Made by a program: the position numbers and the translations under genes. The notes under the pieces were generated by a model. That model worked only from the letters and a program-made list of their open reading frames with translations. It ran no database searches and had not been told where the DNA came from. A DNA stretch of 63,365 nucleotides. Origin: a virus. Taxonomy: Duplodnaviria > Caudoviricetes. This document shows, piece by piece, positions 1 through 7,900 of the stretch. Position 1 is the first letter of the stretch; every line of letters starts with the position of its first letter. Location: positions 1 through 63,365 of the IMG/VR virus record IMGVR_UViG_3300025141_000081; one strand, given 5' to 3'.

Positions 1-363
1 TGGACCGGATCGGCCACCGACATCGACATCGCAAACAGCCAGGATACGGCGACCAAAGTGGAGACGACCGACGCGGTCACAGCCAAGCCACTCCGCATGG
101 ACGTTGCTTTCGACGCTTTGAGCGGGACCGCACCCGCTGCTGTGCTGGGGATGACGGTGCGGTGCAATGCATCGAAAGACACCTTCATTACTGATTTACA
201 GATGTCCGAGGACAACTTCGTCAGCGCGATCACAGATGCGACAACAACGCTCGGCGCGGGCGCAACTCCAGCCGAGATCTCCACCACGGTAAAGGCTGCG
301 GGTGGCGCGCTTGATGTGACTGCAATCGACGCTATGGAGCTTGGCTTTCGAGTGACAGCCTAG
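1..363 (+). CDS. 5'-truncated high-GC hypothetical protein, probably virion-associated
   Basis: Frame 1 is open from base 1 (WTGSATDIDIANSQDTATKV...) to TAG at 361-363, so the real start lies upstream of the window; Ala/Thr/Asp-rich. Confidence 0.7.
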   Translation, partial: WTGSATDIDIANSQDTATKVETTDAVTAKPLRMDVAFDALSGTAPAAVLGMTVRCNASKDTFITDLQMSEDNFVSAITDATTTLGAGATPAEISTTVKAAGGALDVTAIDAMELGFRVTA

Positions 364-1664
364 TGGCACGCGCCACACTATACGGGGCCGTCGCCCAGGT
401 CGCAGTCCTTGACTCACCATCGTATTCGGCGGCGCTCTATGGAGCCGTCGCCCAGGTTGCGGTCCTTGATTCACCCTCGTATTCGGCTGCGCTCTATGGG
501 GCTGTAGCCCAGGTCGCAGTCCTTGATTCACCCTCGTATTCGGCGGCGCTCTATGGGGCTGTAGCCCAGGTCGCAGTCCTTGACTCGCCGTCATATTCGG
601 CTGCGCTATATGGGACTGTCGGCCAGGTTGCGGTCATACCGCCCAGTCCCGTTGCGGTCCTGCCTGACATTTCTGGGGCACCGACAGTCCTTGCGACGTT
701 TGACGGATCTGGCTCGCAGTTCCACCACTACTACGCATGGGAATGGACCAGTCTTCCAGGCGGCTCGGCGATCAGCAACTATCCAATCGCGCTGCCCGAC
801 AACGGCGCAACCTCGATGATGGTCGATAATGAACTTCTCTGTCACTTTGAAGGGAACGCCAACGACACTTCGGGCAACTCTCGGAACGGCGCGGTCAGTG
901 GAGCCACGCAGGTCACCGGCAAGGTGGGCTTAAACGCCTATAGCTTCGATGGGTCGAACGACTACATCGACTATGGGTCGATTCTGGCCTTCACTACAGG
1001 TGACTTCACGTTCTCGTTCTGGATGAACCCCGACGCATCACAGGGCTCTTGGGTGAAAGTGTTCAGCAACAGGGTAGGCACCACAGGCGAGGGCTACAAC
1101 CTTGAGCGCTACGGGACAAACACTTACCGATTTCAGTCTGGTGATGGCTCAAGTTGGTATGCCAACAACAACACCATGACCATCCCAGCTGGGGTGTGGT
1201 CGCATATCACTCTTGTCCGAGTTGGGACCGCAATAACCGGCTATCTGGATGGCGCGGCAGTGTACACCGATGTAGCTCCTGCGACGATTGCCGGAACAGA
1301 TGACTTCATACTGGGGGCTAAAGCGGCGGGGGATACTACCTACGCATGGGATGGGCTACTGGATGAATTTGCTGTTTGGTCACGCGCTCTCTCCCCGACA
1401 GAGATCGGGGACATCTACGACCAGCAGAGTAAGACTGGCCTAGGCGTCTCGACAGCGACAGCAGCCTTCACGCCCGACATTGCCGGAACCTACACCGTCC
1501 AGCTAACTGTCGCGGATGGGGTATCGGTCACGGCTGATGCGGTGATTGTTGTACCGGGTGGTGGTGGACGCCGAAAAAGAAGAAGAGCAAGACGCGGAGG
1601 TCGAGGATTTTTTATTGTTGATGTCAATGCATCCGGACAGGGTTTTGGATCTGCGTTTGATTGA
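363..1664 (+). CDS. LamG/concanavalin A-like domain protein with N-terminal 19-aa repeats and PKD/Ig-like flanks
   Basis: LamG_3-type motifs: FEGNANDTSGN, GKVGLNAYSFDGSNDY, FTFSFWM, WSHITLV, YLDG, GLLDEFAVWSRALSPTEI. PKD-like pieces on either side: FDGSGS...YAWEW and FTPDIAGTYTVQLTVADG. Confidence 0.85.
   Translation: MARATLYGAVAQVAVLDSPSYSAALYGAVAQVAVLDSPSYSAALYGAVAQVAVLDSPSYSAALYGAVAQVAVLDSPSYSAALYGTVGQVAVIPPSPVAVLPDISGAPTVLATFDGSGSQFHHYYAWEWTSLPGGSAISNYPIALPDNGATSMMVDNELLCHFEGNANDTSGNSRNGAVSGATQVTGKVGLNAYSFDGSNDYIDYGSILAFTTGDFTFSFWMNPDASQGSWVKVFSNRVGTTGEGYNLERYGTNTYRFQSGDGSSWYANNNTMTIPAGVWSHITLVRVGTAITGYLDGAAVYTDVAPATIAGTDDFILGAKAAGDTTYAWDGLLDEFAVWSRALSPTEIGDIYDQQSKTGLGVSTATAAFTPDIAGTYTVQLTVADGVSVTADAVIVVPGGGGRRKRRRARRGGRGFFIVDVNASGQGFGSAFD
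381..635 (+). repeat. 57-nt tandem repeat, about 4.5 copies, encoding YGAVAQVAVLDSPSYSAAL
   Basis: Units start at 381, 438, 495, 552 and 609 (partial); differences among the four full units are synonymous. Confidence 0.95.
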
Positions 1665-1971
1665 AGAATATAAGCCTTCCAACGCGAAATAGAAAGAATA
1701 ATTATATTTTAGTTTCTATATATTCTGGGGGATGGGGATATAGAGGAAATAAACTATTTTGCATATTTTGTTGGTTGCGGGGACCCCAAAGGCTTATTTA
1801 AACGTGGCGAAGTGGGGGTTGGATACACTCATCTTAGCCCTGGTATACGAGATTGTCGCTACGGAACACTATATGTAATCCCAGGAAGCTTTATAAAGAT
1901 CATTCGGCCACAAGTTTCCACTATTAGACGGAATGTTTTGCTATACTATGGTGTAAATTGAAATCGTATAG

Positions 1972-1979
1972 ACTATTTA
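1972..1979 (+). promoter_or_regulatory. putative late promoter motif ACTATTTA
   Basis: Recurrent intergenic octamer; 4 nt upstream of the ATG at 1984. Confidence 0.55.
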
Positions 1980-1983
1980 AGGT

Positions 1984-2262
1984 ATGGGAACAATAAACGG
2001 CAAACACGCAGAATGGATTTGGAAGATATTTACGATTGTCCTAGGGGTTCTGATAGTGCCACTAGGGGCCTGGGTTTGGAATACAAACGTTATGGTCGCT
2101 CAACTACAAAATGATCTTGGCGATGTTGAGTCCGGTGTTGTTGTTCTTGGGCAGAAGGTCAAAGAAGCCGAAAGTAACAGTAAGGCAATTATATCTATAG
2201 AAAAAGATATAGAGTATATGAGAGCTGCTCTAGAGCGGATTGAAAGACTGGTCGCAGAGTAA
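1984..2262 (+). CDS. membrane-anchored coiled-coil protein (possible lysis/spanin-like component)
   Basis: One TM helix (IFTIVLGVLIVPLGAWVW) followed by a heptad-rich region; function is inference. Confidence 0.65.
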   Translation: MGTINGKHAEWIWKIFTIVLGVLIVPLGAWVWNTNVMVAQLQNDLGDVESGVVVLGQKVKEAESNSKAIISIEKDIEYMRAALERIERLVAE

Positions 2263-2561
2263 TGAGGTGGCTATTGTTTTTGATACCCACCGTAGTATGT
2301 GTTCAGGACCTCCCAGAGCCGTCTGAAGACGTTTCGGTTAAAGAAGAGAGTCAAGACACGGAAGAGGGTCTCCAAGACCGTCAGAAGGAGATTGAGGACC
2401 TTAAAGGCAATGTGTTTGGTTTAGAACTTTATCTGCAAGACAAAAAAGATTATAAATGTCTTTGCCCTGCTGTCAAATGGGAACAGCCCAAATTGGAGGA
2501 GTACAAAAAAGACCCCAAGTCCTATTTACCTAAGGGTTGTAAAAAGGTGGAGAACAAGTGA
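2262..2561 (+). CDS. small exported protein, coupled to the previous gene
   Basis: N-terminal signal-like segment MRWLLFLIPTVVC; TAATG stop/start overlap. Confidence 0.6.
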   Translation: MRWLLFLIPTVVCVQDLPEPSEDVSVKEESQDTEEGLQDRQKEIEDLKGNVFGLELYLQDKKDYKCLCPAVKWEQPKLEEYKKDPKSYLPKGCKKVENK

Positions 2562-3100
2562 AACTATTATTTGAAAGTTGGCGCAGATATATCAACGAAC
2601 AAGAGGGCCCCGGAAGGAACACCAGGGATGAGCTTGAGGCCGTTGCTCACCTCAATAATGAAGAGGGTGAAGAGGATAAATATTCTAGGGACGACTTTGA
2701 GACTATGTATTATGGTGAATTATACGCCGATGACCTTGCAAGTAGACTTGATGAAACTACAGAATGGCTAGTTCTGGACCCTGCTGATTTTAAACAGTTT
2801 TGGAAGCCCACTACGAGGTCTTTTGACACGGATGCAGCATCTGAATACCTAAGCAACAAGGTGGAATTCGATCGTGGTGAATTCGAAAACAGAATGGATT
2901 TTATCGATCGTGCGATGGAATGGGTCGAAGCAGGCGAACTGCCGCCAGTATATATGATTCAGAACAGTGAATATAAGGATATCTTGGGTGATGGGAGAGG
3001 CAGGCTAAATATAGCTCGCGCTTTTGGGCTCAAAGTTCCCGTTTACTATATGAGACTTATGACACGCGGGGGCCAAGAACAAGAGGAACTCGAACTATGA
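2558..3100 (+). CDS. ParB/sulfiredoxin-like domain protein with MKLLFESWRRYINE leader
   Basis: GELPPVYMI...ILGDGRGRLNIARAFGLKVPVY resembles the ParB/Srx core (PPI...IDGxHRxxA...G...VPV). Confidence 0.65.
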   Translation: MKLLFESWRRYINEQEGPGRNTRDELEAVAHLNNEEGEEDKYSRDDFETMYYGELYADDLASRLDETTEWLVLDPADFKQFWKPTTRSFDTDAASEYLSNKVEFDRGEFENRMDFIDRAMEWVEAGELPPVYMIQNSEYKDILGDGRGRLNIARAFGLKVPVYYMRLMTRGGQEQEELEL

Positions 3101-4215
3101 AATTATTATTTGAAAGTTGGCGCAGATATGTCAATGAAGTAACTGAAAGCTTCGATGAGGTCGACAGTTTACTTGCTCAGGCCTACCCGGAGCAGGGCTG
3201 GTTTGTTGTCGAGAAGGCTGGCAGTGGGAAAGAGGGTGAAGTTTACATTATCCAAAGCGAAAAAACAATTGAAAAGAGAGCCCTAAAGAAGACTTCACCT
3301 GAAGTTGGCAACAAAGAAGCAGAGAACAACCTTTGGGTTTATGAGAATCGCAAGAGTTTACCCGAAGAGGCCCGGTCTTATTTACCAAAAGTTTATGATG
3401 TCAAGAGGGCGGAAGACGGAAGTGCTCTGATAATGATGGAAGTGTTGGAAGATTTGCCCCCAGAAATCCAAGATGATTTGTTTATGCCCAAGAGTGATGA
3501 GAAGGTCGACGGTCGAGTTGAGGGCATCCTAACGGGCAGGAAAGATTCAATAATCTTATCTGACTGGGATTCTGTTGAGGATATAATTAGCAGTTGTTTG
3601 AGACTAACGGACCAATTTGTAGAAGACGAAATCGTCAGTCCTAGAAGCTTGAACATAATGCGAAATAAAATTATTAAAGACTGGAAGGCATTTTATGATA
3701 GCTCCATCAACAAAACCAAGCAAGGCGAACTTTCAAGAGGGCACGAAATCTCGGACAACGCTGAACTTTACCCCGATTGGATATCTGACCCAAGAATTAA
3801 ACTGACGGAAATTATCACCCACCATATGAAGACTGGCTTGAGTATGATTCTCGACGCTATGGTCTCTAAGTACAAGCGGAGCGTCCAAAAGGGGATGAAA
3901 TCCTTCTATGGCAAACTTGTAGATAAAATGATCGAGAAGGCATCTGATATTATAAAATATAAGCTCAATAAATTTCCTATCCCTATCGCCCATCAAGGTA
4001 AGGCTCACCATTTAGATATGGAGAGAGACAAATCAGAGCTATTTCCGGAAGCTGCGGGCTTTCTTGAAGCAACAAATATCCTTGGTACATATGGTTTTTA
4101 TGCAAGAGATGTCCACAGTGAAAATGTGATGATGAGACCGAATACCAACCAACTGGTAATGGTCGACTTAGGCCAGTTTCAAATAAAGAAAAAACGAAGC
4201 CGAACCTCGAAATAG
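3097..4215 (+). CDS. protein kinase-like enzyme with MKLLFESWRRYVNE leader
   Basis: Gly loop GSGKEGEVY, beta3 Lys (ALKK), hinge IMMEVL, catalytic loop RDVHSENVM, Mg-binding VDLG. Confidence 0.8.
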   Translation: MKLLFESWRRYVNEVTESFDEVDSLLAQAYPEQGWFVVEKAGSGKEGEVYIIQSEKTIEKRALKKTSPEVGNKEAENNLWVYENRKSLPEEARSYLPKVYDVKRAEDGSALIMMEVLEDLPPEIQDDLFMPKSDEKVDGRVEGILTGRKDSIILSDWDSVEDIISSCLRLTDQFVEDEIVSPRSLNIMRNKIIKDWKAFYDSSINKTKQGELSRGHEISDNAELYPDWISDPRIKLTEIITHHMKTGLSMILDAMVSKYKRSVQKGMKSFYGKLVDKMIEKASDIIKYKLNKFPIPIAHQGKAHHLDMERDKSELFPEAAGFLEATNILGTYGFYARDVHSENVMMRPNTNQLVMVDLGQFQIKKKRSRTSK

Positions 4216-4271
4216 CTGAGAAATAACCCAAATAGTTCCCTAGTTATTGTATAAAGGCCGGGGGGTTTAAT

Positions 4272-4643
4272 ATGAAACGTGTATTGGGAGTGATTTTATT
4301 GGGCTTGGTATCCTGTAAGCCTGGGGTTGTTTATTCGGAGATGTCGATAGATTTCTTTTTTGATAAATGGTGGGAACTTGATAAAAACAGCTTTTTTGAC
4401 GATGGAACTTGCTTTCATCTAAATTCTGAAGATCAGGCAATACGAGTACACTATCCGGGATATAAACCAGAAGTTGGGTATATTGAAGGATATTGGACTT
4501 TAGAAGAGGACTATGTTTTTATTGAAGATGTTTACGGCTTTGATATCTCATTGTGGCCATATGGGCAGTGCGGAGACTATACAGTGATAGTCTCTAGCAG
4601 CATCATTGAACAAAAAAGTAAACTGTATGAATGTGAATTTTGA
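4272..4643 (+). CDS. putative lipoprotein
   Basis: MKRVLGVILLGLVSC: basic N-terminus, hydrophobic core and an LVSC lipobox. Confidence 0.7.
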   Translation: MKRVLGVILLGLVSCKPGVVYSEMSIDFFFDKWWELDKNSFFDDGTCFHLNSEDQAIRVHYPGYKPEVGYIEGYWTLEEDYVFIEDVYGFDISLWPYGQCGDYTVIVSSSIIEQKSKLYECEF

Positions 4644-4644
4644 T

Positions 4645-4652
4645 ACTAATTA
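4645..4652 (+). promoter_or_regulatory. putative late promoter motif ACTAATTA
   Basis: Intergenic, upstream of the gene at 4683. Confidence 0.55.
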
Positions 4653-4682
4653 ATATGTAAATTTATCAAAAAGGGCACTATT

Positions 4683-4946
4683 ATGCAAAAACTATCTAAG
4701 GGTCTTGTTAAAAAACTTATCTATGAAGCTCGAAAAGAGGCAGTATTTGTCAAAGGAGACCCCAAAGGTGACATGACGCCCGAGGAACTTAAAAAATTTA
4801 AGGAAGATCCTGATGTAGATCCAGATGATATAACGACCAAAGAGGGTCTTAAACTCAATCCAGGGGTTCCGGCGAGTCTAACTCAAGAATCTCTAGATAG
4901 AATTGTAAGAGAAGAAGTTGAAGCATATTATGGGGCTAAGAAATGA
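4683..4946 (+). CDS. small hypothetical protein with head-associated-type amphipathic helices
   Basis: KLSKGLVKKLIYE and LTQESLDRIVREEV motifs. Confidence 0.7.
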   Translation: MQKLSKGLVKKLIYEARKEAVFVKGDPKGDMTPEELKKFKEDPDVDPDDITTKEGLKLNPGVPASLTQESLDRIVREEVEAYYGAKK

Positions 4947-7900
4947 ACAGCAAACAATTAGAGAAATATCTACGAAATCGTACACTAATTGAATTAAAAG
5001 CCCACCCCTTAAGAGAACAACTTACTGAAGATCAATTGGGCCAAGTTGCCCTTTACCTAGCTAAAGATGATAAGCTCTTAAAAGAAGGTTTCTTTGGTAC
5101 TATTGGTGCCCTGTTGGGTGGGGGGATGTCCGAAACCAAGAGATTCTTGGCCAAGAGAGTAGTTTCTTTTCTAGGCATTCCCTCAGACCACCCGCTTAGC
5201 CAACCCTTGACGGACTTTATTACACGTTTGCCCACAAGAGATATCTATGGAATGTATCGTGGCAATCCAAGGATGAGGAAAAAGCTTGTCAACGTCCTCT
5301 CTAAGGCCACCGTGGATGCTTTCAGACGCGAAATGCCCTCTATTATGGGTCTTAAAGGAGGCTCGCTTGGGGGCCCAATTACGGACGCCATGGTTGATGT
5401 CGTAAGTACAAAAGAATTCAGTCAATCTGTGAGAAAATCTTTCGAGGATGCTCTGATAAATCTTCCTAGCTCCGATGCAGGTGATATAGAAGCAATGCAG
5501 CAGGAAATTGATATCATTAACAACAGAGTTGCTGATGCAGAGCAGACATTGAAACAACAAGCTGCCACCAGCACAGAGCTGGGAAAACCCAAAGCCCAAA
5601 CAGGAGTGGATGACCCCCTGAAGGCGGCTGATCCTACTGTTGATCCTACTGAAGTTCCTGCCGATGAAGTTCCTGCCGATGAAGTTCCTCCTGCCGATGA
5701 AGTTCCTGCCGATGAAGTTCCTGCCGATGAAGTTCCTGCCGATGAAGTTCCTCCTGCCGTTCCTCCTGCCGTTCCTCCTGCCACTGAAGATCCCACTGCC
5801 AACGAGGAGCCAGAAGCTGAACAATACTATTTCCACAAGGTGGAAGGCGATATTAGAGAGTTTCTAGGCAGAGTGCAGGAAGACCTTGTCGGTAAAGACA
5901 AGCAGTACAACGACTTGTTTGTGGATAAGTCTAATCTTAAAAGAATAGGCAAAAATCTAGTTCCAGCAACCAGGTTATTCCAGCCACCGAGTGGTCCTGA
6001 GAGCTGGTTTAGGAAATTGGCCACAGAAACCAACCGGCCCCTGACAGACTTGAAATTTAAGACGGCTGGGGGACTCCAAAGAAAAAAGGACGGATACCTG
6101 CGCAAAAATGGCACTTGGAAACCTCCTATACCCAAGACTGTTGTTACTTTGGGCCTCGCTAAACCAGAAATCGCCAAAGCTTTCTATGAAGCTCCCACAG
6201 ACAATGACAAATTAGAGGTTCTGAAGGCGGTTCTCGCTGCTGAACAAATAGGCGAGATTCAAAAGGCTCTAGTCGCTACCGCCAACGTTGAAGGCAGCCC
6301 AGAATCGCAGGCGGAAGCAGAGGGTGTGCCGACGCCTGTGCCCGATGAAAAAGACCCCATAGTAGATACAACAGCTACTGTTGATGCAGAGGGAGATGTT
6401 GAAATCGAAAATACGCCAGTCGTTCAACAGAAAAAGGGCGAGCCCGAGACGGCTATTACTGAGCGTGGGCTTCTTGAGGCTTTGGGAAAAACGAGATTGA
6501 GATCTCGCAACAAAGAAGAGTTCTTAAAGGAACTATTGGATAAAGGTGGACTTAATTTAGAGGGCGTCGAATTGGTGCGCTATGAAAAATTGACAAAGGA
6601 CAACAATGAGGACTTTTGGTTATTCCATGAAAGTGGCGACACTGCATGGTTAGTGCCAAACACTGATAGTTATAATGATGTAATGAGATTTTATGATGCC
6701 GACGCACCAGACCCAGCTATGAGTTTGCAGAAGGTTATTAGATTGGCTAAAGTTAGATTCCCTTTTACCGGCAATAAAGAGGAAATTATACAAATGGGCA
6801 AAGTCGCAAAATTTGGTGCTTCATTAGAACCGGGGGCGGCAGCTACTGTTGATACAGAGGGTGATACCTATGCAGCTCCCACTTTGGGACTAACTCAAGG
6901 ACCTGGTCAGACCGAAGACCAGATCACTAATGCAATAATAAATGCACTAACTAGTGCGGGCCCTAATGGGGCTTCTATAAATGATATCGTTCGTAAAACT
7001 AAATCCACACCTAATATTATCAGAAGAGTACTTGACTCGCTTGAGGATGTTGAGTTAGTCAAAGGTAGGTATAAGATAAAGGGAGAAGTGGAACCTGATG
7101 AGGTTGTCCCTGATGGAGTTGTCCCTGATGGGGTTGTCCAAGAGTACAGCCAAACTTTAAAAGAAATAATTGACAACTCAATGGACCCAAAGGAATTTGC
7201 TAATAAATTCTATACTGTCAAATATCACAAGAGTGGCAAAAAGAAAGGGAAACTGAGTAAGAGTATCCTTAATAAAAAGCTATTTGAGAAAGAAGTAGTT
7301 CAGCTTGACGCCGATGCTAAGGTCCCGATCCAAACTTATATAGATACGCTGTACGGGCTGGAAAAATATTTTAGACTAATTGGGGTTCACAAAGATGCCT
7401 TTATCCCTGCAAAAAAAGAACAGCTGCCCGATAATGCCAACAATAAGGCTAAATTAATAAATAAAATTGAGAACCTATTAGAAGTGTCTTCCAATAGGAT
7501 TGGGAGACTTCTTAATGAAGATAAGAAATCTATCATTTCTGCTATAGTGAGTTTGGAGGAAAGAAATATTAGATTAAACTTAGAAGACGGTTCAATGATG
7601 GTAATACCAGATGTTGATCTTTCTGGAGTAGAGCAGCCTAAATTTAAATCTATTGGGGAGTACCCTGGGGGATTTACATCGGCGAATGTTGACTGGGTTA
7701 AAAGAAAATTTTCATTAGAGAAAGGATTTGTTCCAGGGAAAACCTGGGGAGTCGATGGCGAGGCCGAGGATAAAAGTGTTGCGGGCGGGCTACCACCAGA
7801 TCTGCAAAAGGAAACTTTAAGCTTCCTATCCAAGCTTCCCATCCCCGATGTAACAAAATCTATTCTTGACTTTTCCGGTGAGAAAGGTATTTTTGAAACT

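Noticed and set aside
381-635. 57-nt repeats as a CRISPR array
   Set aside because: The units are contiguous with no unique spacers, in frame, and vary only synonymously.
363-1664. Diversity-generating retroelement target
   Set aside because: No reverse transcriptase or template/variable repeat pair with adenine-specific differences was seen.
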